Notes: a model not told the origin generated them from the sequence alone. DNA of 64,000 nt from an uncultured Actinomycetota bacterium (GCA_963742715.1 CAVUMR010000003.1:320314-384313); one strand, 5' to 3'. Counted from the first letter of the stretch, positions 1-10,312 are shown. Numbers and translations: made by a program.

Positions 1-208
1 CGAGCAGGTAGTAGAGCGTGCCGCCCTTCTTGGCGCCCGGGATCTCCTTGGCCGGACCCATCGAGTCCTTCGGGTCGGTCGCGATCGACCCCTTTGTCGC
101 GCTCTGCTGCTTGCTCTCCGTCTCGGTGCCCTTGTTCTGGCTACAGGCGCCAAGCGAGGCGACGATAACCAGGGCGCCCGCGGCGGCGATTGCCACCCGT
201 GGTCGCAT
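1..208 (-). CDS. ABC peptide-type (family 5) substrate-binding lipoprotein, N-terminal fragment; the gene runs off the left edge
   Basis: Reverse strand from ATG 208-206 reads MRPRVAIAAAGALVIVASLGACSQNKG...AKKGGTLYYLL. This gives a signal peptide with lipobox L-G-A-C. An AGGAGGG SD lies a few nt upstream. It is absent from the ORF track because no stop falls inside the window. Confidence 0.6.
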   Translation of the reverse strand, partial: MRPRVAIAAAGALVIVASLGACSQNKGTETESKQQSATKGSIATDPKDSMGPAKEIPGAKKGGTLYYLL

Positions 209-472
209 ACTCGATTCCCTCCTGCTCCTCCATGCGGCCCCGGCCCCGGCATCCCGAAGACACGTCGGCAAATGCCCGATCCGGTAGCTGTTCGCAGCAA
301 CGTAACCGCAACGGCGGTACGACGAATCACAGCCCGGCAACAAGACGATTCCGATCGGACGGAAGAAACCTTCAGCGGACCGGGCAAAACGGAAATCTTT
401 CGCACTAACGTACGGTCTGCCGGGCGGCGGGACCCGAAGAAGCGGTCACGCAGATCGGCACCGCGGCGGCGC

Positions 473-493
473 GGGGAGCTTGTGCTGCTCCCC
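473..493 (-). terminator. possible terminator hairpin after the ABC ATPase gene
   Basis: GGGGAGC-ttgtgct-GCTCCCC, a 7-bp stem about 40 nt downstream of the reconstructed stop at 532-534. No U tract follows. Confidence 0.3.
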
Positions 494-531
494 CGGCGCT
501 GCCACGGTGCCGATCGCGGTGGTGCGGTTCG

Positions 532-2706
532 TCAGTTCAGCGGGCCGGTCTCCGGGAAGTGACAGGCGACCTTCTGGCCGGTACCGATCTGGAGCAGTGG
601 CGGCTCTTCCACCGCGCACTTTTCCTGGGCCTTCCAGCACCGGGTACGGAAGCGGCAGCCGGACGGGGGGTTCAGCGGCGTCGGCACGTCGCCCTTCGAG
701 CCGGATCCGCTTGCTGTCCTGGGTACCGAGCTTCGTGACGTCCGGTACGGCCGAGAGCAGCGCCCGGGTGTACGGGTGCGCCGGGATCTCGTAGATCTGC
801 TGGCGGGTGCCCATCTCGACGACCTTGCCGAGGTACATGACCGCGACGCGCTGGCAGAAGTGTCGTACCACCGCCAGGTCGTGCGCGATGAACACGAAGG
901 CCAGGTCGAAGTCGCGCTGCAGGTCCCGCAGCAGGTTGACGACCTGCGCCTGGATCGACACGTCGAGCGCGGACACCGGCTCGTCGGCCACGATCAGCTT
1001 GGGTCGCAGCGCCAGCGCGCGGGCGATGCCGATGCGCTGCCGCTGGCCGCCGGAGAACTCGTGCGGGTACCGGTTGTAGTGCTCCGGGTTCAGCCCGACG
1101 ATCTCCAGCAGCTCCTGCACCCGCTTGCGTACCCCGCCGGGCGGGTTGAGCCCGTTGACCTCCAGCGGCATCGCGATGATCTTGCCGACCGTGTGCCGCG
1201 GGTTCAGCGACGAGTACGGGTCCTGGAAGATGATCTGCATGTCCTGCCGGAGCGGACGCATCTGGCCCCGGTTGAGCTTGGTGATGTCGCGGCCTTCGAA
1301 GGTGATCTTACCCGCGGTGGCCTCGATCAGCCTGACGAGCATGCGACCGGTGGTCGTCTTGCCACACCCGGACTCGCCGACCAGACCGAGCGTCTCGCCC
1401 CGGTTGACGTGAAGTCGATGCCGTCGACCGCGCGCACCAGGCCGGCCGAGCCGAACATGCCCTGGCGAACCGGGAAGTGCTTGGTCAGGCCCTCGACCCG
1501 GAGCAGCGGGTCACCGGGGGTCTCAGCGGCCGTGCCCGCCACGGGCTGGCTGCCCGGCACTTGTACCGTCTCGGTCACTGGGCCACTCCCGCATGCACTC
1601 GCGATCTCATCTTCGAAGATCGCGTTCCGCTGGGTCTCCGGCAGGTGGCAGGCCACCACGTGCCCCTCGTCGTCGGTCGCGGTCGTGGGCAGGAGCAGCG
1701 GGATCTCCACGTCGCACGGGCCGCCGCCGAGCATCGCGTACCGGCAGCGCGGGTGGAACGCACATCCGGCCGGCAGGTTGATCAGGCTCGGCGGGTTGCC
1801 CGGGATCGGCAGCAGGTCCTCTTCGGCGTCACCGTACAGCGACGGCACGCAGGAGAGCAGTCCCCAGGTGTACGGGTGCTGCGGCCGGCGGAGCACCTGC
1901 TCGACTGTGCCGAACTCGACGGCCCGTCCGCCGTACATCACCAGTACCTCGTCGGCGACCTGGCTGACCACGCCCAGGTCGTGGGTGATGATGATGATCG
2001 CGGAGTTGAACTCCCGCTGGAGGTCCTCGAGCAGGTCCAGGATCTGCGCCTGCACGGTCACGTCGAGCGCGGTGGTGGGCTCGTCGGCGATCAACAGGTC
2101 CGGGTCGTTGACCAGGGACATCGCGATCATGGCGCGCTGCCGCATACCGCCGGAGAACTCGTGCGGGTACTGGTCGGCCCGGCGCTGCGGCTGCGGGATC
2201 CCGACCCGGTCGAGCATCTCGATCGTGCGGGTCCGCGCCACGGCCTTCGACACGTTGTGGTGCACCCGGTACGCCTCGGAGATCTGACGACCGATCGTGT
2301 AGTACGGGTGCAGGGCGGACAGCGGGTCCTGGAAGATCATCGAGATGTCCCGGCCGCGGAGCTTGCGGATCTCGTCGTCTTCCATGGTGACGATGTCGCG
2401 GCCGTTCACCAGGATCTCGCCGGTGATGCGGGTCCGAGCCCGGTTGTGCAGCCCCAGCACGGCGAGGCTGGTCACGCTCTTGCCGGAGCCGGACTCACCG
2501 ACGATGCCGAGTGTGCGCCCTCGGGGAAGCGAGAAGGAAACACCGTCGACGGCGCGGACCACACCGTCCTCCGTCCCGAACTGGACGCTGAGGTTCTTCA
2601 CCTCCAGGTACGGCGGGCCCTCCAAGACCGGCGCGACCTCCACCGGCGATGTCGAAGCAGTCACTATTCCTTCTCTCTCTTCCGTCCCGGGCGGGCCCGG
2701 GGCCAT
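532..2706 (-). pseudogene. fused double-ATPase subunit of a peptide ABC importer (OppD/OppF-like in one chain), interrupted by two compensating frameshifts
   Basis: ORFs 1327..2706 and 446..1342 together carry two ABC ATPase domains: GESGSGKS, FSGGMRQR and IADEPTTALD, then [20 protein letters not shown] and [10 protein letters not shown]. One nt is missing at 1409/1410; restoring it gives ..VDGIDFT|[29 protein letters not shown]. One nt is extra in the CCC run 692-694; removing it gives RIRLEG|[52 protein letters not shown], with the stop at 532-534. The first and last segments share one frame. Confidence 0.85.
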
Positions 2707-2804
2707 CTCCTTGCTCAGCTCAGTTTGACGCGAGATGCCGTCACTGTGTTACCCCCGTACAGCCGATCACCGGGCCCAGCGCCGCCGCGACGTCCGCGGA
2801 CAGG

Positions 2805-2841
2805 GCTGACCAGCCACCAGATGGATTAGTGGCTGGTCAGC
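2805..2841 (-). other. perfect 13-bp inverted repeat (intercistronic stem-loop) between the permease and ATPase genes
   Basis: GCTGACCAGCCAC-cagatggatta-GTGGCTGGTCAGC, read directly. It lies in the 193-nt gap inside the operon. Confidence 0.5.
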
Positions 2842-2899
2842 GGGCAGTCCAGGGCGGACCCCGAACGGACGAACGCCATTCCCAACGACCAGAGCCGGG

Positions 2900-3892
2900 C
2901 TAGCTGAGCCGGACTCTCGGGTCGATAACGGAGTACAGGACGTCGACGATGATGTTCATGACGATGATGAACACGGCGGCCAACAGGACCGTCGCCATCA
3001 CGATCGGCAGGTTGAGGAACGTAACGGCGTCTACCGCCGTCTTTCCGAGTCCGTTGAGGCTGAACACGGTCTCGGTGATGAACGTTCCGCCGAGATAGAC
3101 CCCCAGGTCGAGTCCGGCGATCGTGACGATCGGGGTGATCGCGGCGCGGAGCGCGTGCCGGCCGTACACCCTGCCCTTGGTCAGGCCCTTCGCGCGAGCG
3201 GTCCGGATGTAGTCCTCGGACAGGGTCTCCAGCATCTGCGCCCTGGACAGCCGCGCGTAGGTCGCGGAGTTCAGGAAACCGAGGGTGATCCAGGGCAGGA
3301 TCATGCCCTGCATCCAGTGCAGCGGATTATCGAACGGAGACGTGTAGCTCGGCGATGGTAGGAGGTCGAAGCCGTACACGAAGATCAACAGCAGGATCAG
3401 GCCGAGGAAGTACACCTGCATCGACGCGCCGGCCAACGAAACGGTGATGGCTGTCTTGTCGAACAAGGTGCCGCGTCTCAGCGCTGAGATCATGCCGAGG
3501 GTGATGCCGATGCCTAGCCAGAGAATCGCTGACCCGATGACGATGCTCACCGTCACCGGCAGGGTGCGCTTGATGATGTCCGTCACCGGCTCGTTGGAGC
3601 GGAACGAGTAGCCCAGGCAGGGCGCGGCGCACTCCCGGGCGAGCTCACCCTCGCCGTAGGTACGGCCGACGAAGACACCCTTGACGAACTTGCCGTACTG
3701 CACGACGAGCGGATCGCTGAGGCCGAGCCGCTGCTCGGTCTGCTTGATCTGGTTCGCGTCGCACTGCTTGCCGCACATGACGAACGCCGGGCTCGTCGGT
3801 ACCGCGAAGAACAGGCCAAACGTTGCCACGCTGACCATGAACATCGTGAAGATCGATATCAGCAGCCGCTTCACGAGGAACCGGACCATCAC
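2900..3892 (-). CDS. ABC peptide transporter permease (DppB/OppB-like)
   Basis: 330-aa ORF. N-terminus MVRFLVKRLLISIFTMFMVSVATFGLFF, multiple TM segments and an EAA-like loop (YIRTARAKGL) are typical of the BPD_transp_1 OppB type. Confidence 0.9.
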   Translation of the reverse strand: MMVRFLVKRLLISIFTMFMVSVATFGLFFAVPTSPAFVMCGKQCDANQIKQTEQRLGLSDPLVVQYGKFVKGVFVGRTYGEGELARECAAPCLGYSFRSNEPVTDIIKRTLPVTVSIVIGSAILWLGIGITLGMISALRRGTLFDKTAITVSLAGASMQVYFLGLILLLIFVYGFDLLPSPSYTSPFDNPLHWMQGMILPWITLGFLNSATYARLSRAQMLETLSEDYIRTARAKGLTKGRVYGRHALRAAITPIVTIAGLDLGVYLGGTFITETVFSLNGLGKTAVDAVTFLNLPIVMATVLLAAVFIIVMNIIVDVLYSVIDPRVRLS

Positions 3893-3924
3893 TCACCTCA
3901 GCAGTACGACTCGGATATTGCGGG

Positions 3925-3960
3925 ATCTCGGGGTGGCCGCTTGCGCGGCCACCCCGAGAT
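3925..3960 (-). terminator. strong hairpin immediately after the SBP gene (attenuator or mRNA stabiliser)
   Basis: ATCTCGGGGTGGCCGC-ttgc-GCGGCCACCCCGAGAT, a perfect 16-bp stem starting 8 nt after the SBP stop (3968-3970). Confidence 0.5.
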
Positions 3961-3967
3961 TTCCTAC

Positions 3968-5725
3968 CTACTTCTTGACGAACATCGACCACAGATGGGT
4001 CAGACCGTACGAGTCACTCAGGAAGTAACCGCCGATCTTGGAGCCGACAAGCGTGAAGTTCTTGTCGTTGTAGATCGGCACAACCGGTGCCCACTTGGTC
4101 ATGATCATCTCGTCGAGCTTCGCCCACTCAGCGGTGGCCTCGTCGGCCGGCAGAGCGGAGATCCGGTCGATCTCGGAGTTGAGCTCGCTCTCGTTGATGT
4201 ACGAGTAGTTCTGGTTACCCTGCGGCACGATCGAGCGCCCGTCGTACAGCGGCGGGATGATCGTGGAACCGCTCGGCCAGTCGGAGCCCCAGCCGGTCAG
4301 GTAGATGTCGTACGGGTTGTCCTTACGACCCAGAACCGTGTAGTACTGCGCCGGGTCGATCGGGTTCAGGGCGATCTGGAAGCCAGCCTTCTCGAGGCTT
4401 TCCTTCACGATCGCGGCCTGCTTCTGCCGACGCGGCGTGTTGCTGTAGCCGTAGGTGAGCTTGACGGTCTTGCCACCCAGCAGCTGCTTCGCCTTGGCTG
4501 CGTCACCCGAGGGTGCCGACGGGAAGGCGTCGTACTTCTTGTAGCCGATGGTGGTCGGCGACATCAGCGTGGTGGCGATGGAACCCGCGGCCGGGCCACC
4601 GAGCACCTGCAGCATGCCCTGCTTGTCCATGGCCAGGTTCAGCGCCTTGCGGACGTTGAGGTCCTTGACCCGCTGCATGTTGATGTTGACGACCCACAGG
4701 AACTGGGTGGCGCCCTCGACGACCCGCTTCTTGGCGTTGGCGTCGTTGGTCACCTTCGGAAGCAGCTCCGGCGGTACGTTCGCCCAGCTGATCGTGGACT
4801 GGTCGGCACCGTTGTCGGCGAGCAGGCGCTCGTTCTGCTGGGTGTCGTCCAGGCCGAAGGTGAAGTTCCACGCGTCCGGGAAGTTGTTCCGGATCGGGTC
4901 GGTCTTCGGGTCCCAGTACTGGTTGCGCTCGAGCGTGAGCTCGGTGTCCTTCTTGTGGGTCTTGATCTTGTACGGGCCGTTGCCGAACGGACGCAGGTCG
5001 TACTCGGTCTTGGTGTCCTTCGACTTCGGCACCGCGGAGCTCGTGGCCATCGCGGCCGCGAACGGCATGTCACAGTGCGGCTTCGGGAACGTGAAGGTGA
5101 TGGTCTTGTCGCCACTCACCTCGACGCCCGGTGGGACGTCGCCGCCGCCGTTGTAGGGACCCTTGTAGGTCTTGTTGTAGGCGATGTCGTCGGCCAGCCA
5201 CTGCTGGATGTAGTGCGGGCCCTCGGCCAGGTCCGGCGAGAACGCACGGGCAACGCCGTAGGCGACGTCGGCCGCCTTGACGTCCGTACCGTCCTCGTAC
5301 TTCAGGCCGTCCTTGAGGGTGTACTCCCACTTGGTGCACTTGCCGTCGGACACGTCCTTGCCGGCGTCCGTGGCCATGTCACCGACGAGCAGCAGGTTGC
5401 CGCCACCGTCGTCCTTGAACTGCGTCAGCTGCCGGTACACGAGGCCCATGGCCTCCTGCTGGTTGGTGACGTAGTTCCGAGCGGGGTCGAGGTGCTCGAA
5501 GTCCGCCTGCTGCACGATGGTCACCGTGCCGCCGGACTGCGCGCCTTCCGGCTTCTTGGCCGGACCCTGCGAGTCCTTCGGGTCCTTGGAGATACCGCCC
5601 TGCTGCTTCGACTCTCCGCCGCGCCCGCCACTTCCGGTGTCGCTGCCAGTGTTGCTACTGCAGCCCGAAGCGGCGAGAGCGACTGCGAGAGCACCGATAG
5701 TCAGTGCCCCCCAGGTGCGTCGCAC
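3968..5725 (-). CDS. ABC peptide substrate-binding lipoprotein (family 5 SBP)
   Basis: 585-aa ORF with a GTG start and a GGAAGGAGA SD. Signal peptide plus lipobox (LAASGCSS). The length and motifs (GGTVTIVQQADFEHLDPAR) are typical of DppA/OppA-like proteins. Confidence 0.9.
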   Translation of the reverse strand: MRRTWGALTIGALAVALAASGCSSNTGSDTGSGGRGGESKQQGGISKDPKDSQGPAKKPEGAQSGGTVTIVQQADFEHLDPARNYVTNQQEAMGLVYRQLTQFKDDGGGNLLLVGDMATDAGKDVSDGKCTKWEYTLKDGLKYEDGTDVKAADVAYGVARAFSPDLAEGPHYIQQWLADDIAYNKTYKGPYNGGGDVPPGVEVSGDKTITFTFPKPHCDMPFAAAMATSSAVPKSKDTKTEYDLRPFGNGPYKIKTHKKDTELTLERNQYWDPKTDPIRNNFPDAWNFTFGLDDTQQNERLLADNGADQSTISWANVPPELLPKVTNDANAKKRVVEGATQFLWVVNINMQRVKDLNVRKALNLAMDKQGMLQVLGGPAAGSIATTLMSPTTIGYKKYDAFPSAPSGDAAKAKQLLGGKTVKLTYGYSNTPRRQKQAAIVKESLEKAGFQIALNPIDPAQYYTVLGRKDNPYDIYLTGWGSDWPSGSTIIPPLYDGRSIVPQGNQNYSYINESELNSEIDRISALPADEATAEWAKLDEMIMTKWAPVVPIYNDKNFTLVGSKIGGYFLSDSYGLTHLWSMFVKK

Positions 5726-5800
5726 GATTTTGTCTCCTTCCCTGTCCGGCTCGGGCTCCCTCTGCCCGATAGGCGCCGAACGACATGGGTATGTGTATGG

Positions 5801-6859
5801 CTACCGGGACGATCGTGGATCAAGCGCGTCTCGCAGTGAATCGCCGAAAAGGTTGAAGGCGAGAACGAGAATGAAGATCGTGATCCCGGGGAACAAGGTG
5901 TAAGCCGGGTCGGTCTGCAGATACTTCGTACTGTCGAAGATCATGCGGCCGAGGTCCGGCGTCGGCTCCACTACGCCGATGTTGAGGAATGACAGTGCAG
6001 CCTCAGCCGTGATGAAGGCCGGCACGTTGAGTGAGAAGACGACCAGGATCGGCGCCCAGATGTTCGGCAGCAGCTGGCGGAACAGGATGTGCCCCGTTCC
6101 GGCACCGGCGGCGCGGGCGGCCTCGACGAACTCGCGTTCCCGCAGCGAGAGCACCTGACCACGGATGAGCCGCGCGGTGTACGTCCAGCTGAACATCGCG
6201 AACACCGAGATGATGAGGAACACCCGGAACAGCGAGGGCACCTCGTCGACGCCGTACAACCGGTTGGTGATCACCGGAATGGCGGCGAGACAGAAGATCA
6301 GGAACGGGAACGCCAGTACGAAGTCGATGAGCCAGTTGATGACGACGTCCCAGACGCCGCCGGCGTAGCCGGCCGCGATGCCGATCAGGATGCCGATCGC
6401 GATCGTCACCAACGCGGACGCGAACGCCACGAACAACGAGGTGCGCATCCCGTAGATCAGCTGCATGAACACGTCACGCCCGATGCCCGGCTCGAGGCCG
6501 AACCAGTGCGTGCCGTTGATGCCGCCGGCATAACCGAGCGGATAGCCGTAGGCGTCGAGCTTGTCGGCGAACCGCTCGGTCGCGCCCTTGCCGTACACCG
6601 CCTGGATCAGCGGCGCGGTGACGGCGAGCACGAAGAAGATCACCAAGGTCACCGCACTGACCGAGGCGACCCGGTCCCGCCTGAGCCGGAGCCAGGCGAG
6701 CTGCCCGGGTGAACGCCCGACAATCGCCTTGCGCTCCTCGACGACCAGTCCGTCGCCGTCACCGGCTGGCGACGCGCTGACGGCGACGCCGCCGGCTCCG
6801 CCGGAAAAGGCCTCCGAAGATGACCTGTCAACGCCACTACTCGGCGGGCTATCGCTCAT
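5801..6859 (-). CDS. ABC peptide transporter permease (DppC/OppC-like)
   Basis: 352-aa ORF with a GGAGGGAG SD. Long Ser/Gly-rich N-terminal tail, then 6 TM segments, with an EAA loop at FVEAARAAGAG. Confidence 0.9.
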   Translation of the reverse strand: MSDSPPSSGVDRSSSEAFSGGAGGVAVSASPAGDGDGLVVEERKAIVGRSPGQLAWLRLRRDRVASVSAVTLVIFFVLAVTAPLIQAVYGKGATERFADKLDAYGYPLGYAGGINGTHWFGLEPGIGRDVFMQLIYGMRTSLFVAFASALVTIAIGILIGIAAGYAGGVWDVVINWLIDFVLAFPFLIFCLAAIPVITNRLYGVDEVPSLFRVFLIISVFAMFSWTYTARLIRGQVLSLREREFVEAARAAGAGTGHILFRQLLPNIWAPILVVFSLNVPAFITAEAALSFLNIGVVEPTPDLGRMIFDSTKYLQTDPAYTLFPGITIFILVLAFNLFGDSLRDALDPRSSR

Positions 6860-7141
6860 TTGATCTTGCTCCCTCCGGAGACCCAGGCATCGCAGACGTC
6901 TCCCCGGCTCGACGCGAAACTAGCGAGCGATTGGCGCCGGATGAACGCCTAGGCGCATCAGTCTGATAACAAGTGCGTCACGCGGTACCAAGTGGTTCTG
7001 AAACCCTTGCTGTGTCGCACCGTTTTGCCCCAAATGTTTGCGTCGCCGGGCCCGGGAACCGCAGGTTCCTCCGTCTTGCGAGGCAATTCGGACCTACCTT
7101 GCGTGTTGCACCGGTGCCCGGCCGCATCGCACGGTGAGGCG

Positions 7142-7441
7142 ATGGGAACCCTACTATCCGCTGACGAGGTGGCCACGAGCCTCCGGGACCTGCCCGGTTG
7201 GTCGGGCGGTACCAGCGGAATCAGCCGTACCTACGCCGCGCCGGACTTTCCGTCCGCCATCGCGCTGGTGGTCGCGGTGGCCAGGCAGGCGGAGGCGGCG
7301 AACCACCACCCGGACATCGACATCCGGTGGCGGAACGTGACGTTCACGCTGGTCAGTCACGACGCCGGCGGGCTCACCGAGCGGGATACCGCGCTGGCCG
7401 GCAAGATCGCCGCGCTGGCTGCCGAGCACCGGGCCGAGTGA
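7142..7441 (+). CDS. phhB: 4a-hydroxytetrahydrobiopterin (pterin-4a-carbinolamine) dehydratase
   Basis: Internal ATG at 7142 of ORF 6992..7441, with a GGTGAGG SD. The sequence LPGWSG...ANHHPDIDIRWRNVTFTLVSHDAGGLTERDTALAGKI is the PCD/DCoH signature. Confidence 0.85.
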   Translation: MGTLLSADEVATSLRDLPGWSGGTSGISRTYAAPDFPSAIALVVAVARQAEAANHHPDIDIRWRNVTFTLVSHDAGGLTERDTALAGKIAALAAEHRAE

Positions 7442-7451
7442 GCCGGGGACG

Positions 7452-8894
7452 GTGACGGCGTTCGAGCTCGCCGAGGCGGCGGTCGACGCGGCGATCAGTG
7501 CCGGTGCCCGGTACGCCGACGCCCGCGTCATGCACCAGCGGTACGAGTCGATGTCGGCCCGGGACGGGGACATCGACGACCTCACCCAGACCGAGAGCGT
7601 CGGGCTCGGCGTACGCGCCCTGCTCGGCTCCTCCTGGGGCTTCGCCGCGGTACCCGAGCCGACCCCGGCCGCGGCGGCGACGGCCGGCGCCCGGGCCGCG
7701 GCGATCGCGCGGGCCGGCGCCGCGGTACCGGGTCCGCCACTGGGACTGGTCGAGCTAGCGCCGGTGGTGGCCGAGTGGTCCAGCCGGTGCCGGATCGACC
7801 CGCTCGGCGTACCGCTGACGGACAAGGCGAACCTGCTGGTCACGGCCACGTCGCGGATGCGCGGGCACGGCGCGGACATCGCCGAGGCGCAGTACGCCGC
7901 CTGGGACACGCACAAGTACCTGGTGTCCAGCGCCGGCCACCGGATCGAGCAGCGGACCCGCGAATGCGGCGGCGGCATCAGCGCCACCGCGGTGGGCGAC
8001 GGCGAGACCCAGCGGCGCAGCTATCCGTGCGGGCGCGGCCAGTACGGCACAGCCGGCTGGGAGCTGGTGCTCGGACTGGACCTGGTCGAACACGCCGCCC
8101 GGGTGGCCGACGAGGCCCGGGCGCTGCTCACCGCGCCGGTCTGCCCGGCCGGTACGACCACGCTCGTACTCGGTGCCGAGCAGCTCGCGTTGCAGATCCA
8201 CGAGTCGGTCGGGCACGCCGTGGAACTGGACCGGATCCTCGGCTGGGAGGCCGGGTACGCGGGCACGTCCTGGCTCGACCTGGCCCAGCTCGGCTCGCTG
8301 CGGTACGGCTCGGAGCTGATGACCATCACCGCCGACCCGACCATCCCGGGCGCGTTCGGCTCGTTCGGGTACGACGACGAGGGCACCCCGGCGGCCTGCC
8401 GGGACATCGTGCGCGACGGCGTCTGGGTGGGCGTACTGGCCGGTCGCGACTCGGCCGCGGCCGCCGGTCTCGACTATGCCGGCAGCGTCCGGTCCGACGG
8501 TTGGGCCCGACTGCCGATGGTCCGGATGACCACCGTCGGGCTGCTGCCCGGACCTCACTCGCTGGAGGAGATCATCGCCGCCACCGACGAGGGGGTGTAC
8601 ATGGACAGCAACCGATCCTGGTCGATCGACGACAAGCGGCTGAACTTCCAGTTCGGCTGCGAGATCGGCTGGGAGATCAAGCGCGGCAGGCGCGGCCGGA
8701 TGCTGCGCAACCCCACGTACACCGGCATCGGTCCGGTTTTCTGGCGGTCCATGGACATGCTCGCCGGCGGCGCCGAACACGAGCCGTGGGGCACCCCGAA
8801 CTGCGGCAAGGGCCAGCCGCTGCAGGTCGGCCACGCGGGTCACCCGGCCGCGCCGGCGCGCTTCCGGGACGTCCGGGTGGGGGTACGCGGGTGA
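7452..8894 (+). CDS. tldD: TldD-family metalloprotease
   Basis: 480 aa with a GTG start. Contains the HExxxH-type motif HESVGHAVELD and the C-terminal GxC motif (PNCGKGQP). Confidence 0.9.
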   Translation: MTAFELAEAAVDAAISAGARYADARVMHQRYESMSARDGDIDDLTQTESVGLGVRALLGSSWGFAAVPEPTPAAAATAGARAAAIARAGAAVPGPPLGLVELAPVVAEWSSRCRIDPLGVPLTDKANLLVTATSRMRGHGADIAEAQYAAWDTHKYLVSSAGHRIEQRTRECGGGISATAVGDGETQRRSYPCGRGQYGTAGWELVLGLDLVEHAARVADEARALLTAPVCPAGTTTLVLGAEQLALQIHESVGHAVELDRILGWEAGYAGTSWLDLAQLGSLRYGSELMTITADPTIPGAFGSFGYDDEGTPAACRDIVRDGVWVGVLAGRDSAAAAGLDYAGSVRSDGWARLPMVRMTTVGLLPGPHSLEEIIAATDEGVYMDSNRSWSIDDKRLNFQFGCEIGWEIKRGRRGRMLRNPTYTGIGPVFWRSMDMLAGGAEHEPWGTPNCGKGQPLQVGHAGHPAAPARFRDVRVGVRG

Positions 8895-10312
8895 CCGCCG
8901 CCCCGGCCGAGCCCACCACGGAGCGGGTGGCCCGGCTGGCAGCGGAGCTGCTCGACCTGGCCGGGGCCATCGCCGGGCCGACCGCCGAGGCCGAGGCGCT
9001 GGTGCTGACCGGCACCCAGGCGCTCACGCGGTTCGCCAACTCGGCGATCCACCAGAACGTGGAGGCCGGCACGAGCACGGTGCGGCTCCGGCTGCACACC
9101 GACGGCCGGACCGCGACCGGCGTGAGCACCCGCATCAGCCGCGACGGACTGCGCGAGCTGGTCGAACGCACCGTGGCCGCGGCTCGGGTACAACCACCCG
9201 ACCCGGCCTGGGCCGGCCTCACCGCACCCACCGCGCCGGGCGGACCGGGCAACTGCGACCCGGCCACCGCCGCCGCCGAGCCGGCCGACCGGGCCGCGGT
9301 GGTACGCGCGTTCATCCACGCGGCCGGCGACCTGCGTACCGCCGGATACTGCCGTACCGCCGGCACCACCGCCGCGTTCGCCAACTCGGCCGGGCACGCG
9401 GTCACCGGCCGGTCGAGCGTCGCGGCCGTGGATGGCGTGGCCAGTACCGGCGAGTCCGAGGGCATCGGCCGGGTGGCCGCGGTACGACTGGCCGATGTGG
9501 ATGGCGCCGCGTTGGGCGCCCGCGCGGCCGGCAAGGCGCGGGCCGGCGCCGGTGCGGTCGCGTTGGCTCCCGGCCGGTACGAGGTGGTGCTCGAACCGAC
9601 CGCGGTCGCCGACCTGCTCGCCCAGGTCAGCCGGTTCGGCTTCAACGGCAAGGCGACCGCGGAGGGCCGGTCCTTCGTGACGCTCGGCGCGGGGCAGCTC
9701 GACCCGTCGGTGACCCTGGTCGACGACGCCGCCGATCCGTACGCGCTGGGGCTGCCGTTCGACGCGGAGGGCACGCCGCGGCACCGGGTCGCGATGGTCA
9801 CCGCCGGGCGCAGTACCGCGGTGGCGACCGACCGGCACTGGGCCGCCCGGCTGGGCCTCGCCAGCACCGGCTACGCCGTGATCGGCAACGACCCGATCGG
9901 CCCGTTCAGCGGGCGGCTCCGGCTCGACCCGCGGGCCGGGGAGTCCGCACCGGTCAGCGCGCCGCCGACCGATCCGGTGGCGGCGGACCGCGCGACCGCG
10001 GCGCTGGTGGCCGGAGTCGAACGGGGGCTGCTGGTCGGCGACCTCTGGTACACCCGGGTGCTGGACCCGCGGACCCTGGTGGTGACCGGCCTGACCCGCA
10101 ACGGGCTGTGGCTGATCGAGCAGGGCGAGGTGGTACGCCCGGTGCACAACCTGCGCTTCACCCAGTCGTACCCGGGAGCCCTCGGCCCGGGTGCGGTGCG
10201 CGGGATCGGCGGGTACGCGCTAACCGTGCCGTACACCTGGGAAGGCACGTTCTGGACCGCGCCAGCGGTACACCTCGACAGCTGGCAGTTCACCGGCGGC
10301 GCGGCCGGCTGA
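8891..10312 (+). CDS. pmbA: PmbA/TldE-family partner of TldD
   Basis: The GTG at 8891 overlaps the tldD stop (GTGA). This is the in-frame 3' part of track ORF 7775..10312. It has TldD/PmbA-fold collinearity (TRFANSAIHQNV, LWYTR) and no HExxxH motif. Confidence 0.8.
   Translation: MTAAPAEPTTERVARLAAELLDLAGAIAGPTAEAEALVLTGTQALTRFANSAIHQNVEAGTSTVRLRLHTDGRTATGVSTRISRDGLRELVERTVAAARVQPPDPAWAGLTAPTAPGGPGNCDPATAAAEPADRAAVVRAFIHAAGDLRTAGYCRTAGTTAAFANSAGHAVTGRSSVAAVDGVASTGESEGIGRVAAVRLADVDGAALGARAAGKARAGAGAVALAPGRYEVVLEPTAVADLLAQVSRFGFNGKATAEGRSFVTLGAGQLDPSVTLVDDAADPYALGLPFDAEGTPRHRVAMVTAGRSTAVATDRHWAARLGLASTGYAVIGNDPIGPFSGRLRLDPRAGESAPVSAPPTDPVAADRATAALVAGVERGLLVGDLWYTRVLDPRTLVVTGLTRNGLWLIEQGEVVRPVHNLRFTQSYPGALGPGAVRGIGGYALTVPYTWEGTFWTAPAVHLDSWQFTGGAAG

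Noticed and set aside
776-2287. 503-aa ORF on the + strand, antisense to the ABC ATPase gene. The same pattern occurs at 3941..5839, 22024..23925, 23358..25511, 26413..29334, 42447..43853, 45016..46596, 48145..51054, 50564..53410 and 54783..58208.
   Set aside because: Long stop-free antisense frames are expected in DNA this GC-rich. The translations are Arg/Pro/Gly/His-rich with no motifs, while the opposite strand carries clearly recognisable conserved proteins.
7775-8890. First 372 codons of track ORF 7775..10312.
   Set aside because: They lie out of frame inside tldD. The PmbA-like protein starts at GTG 8891, overlapping the tldD stop.
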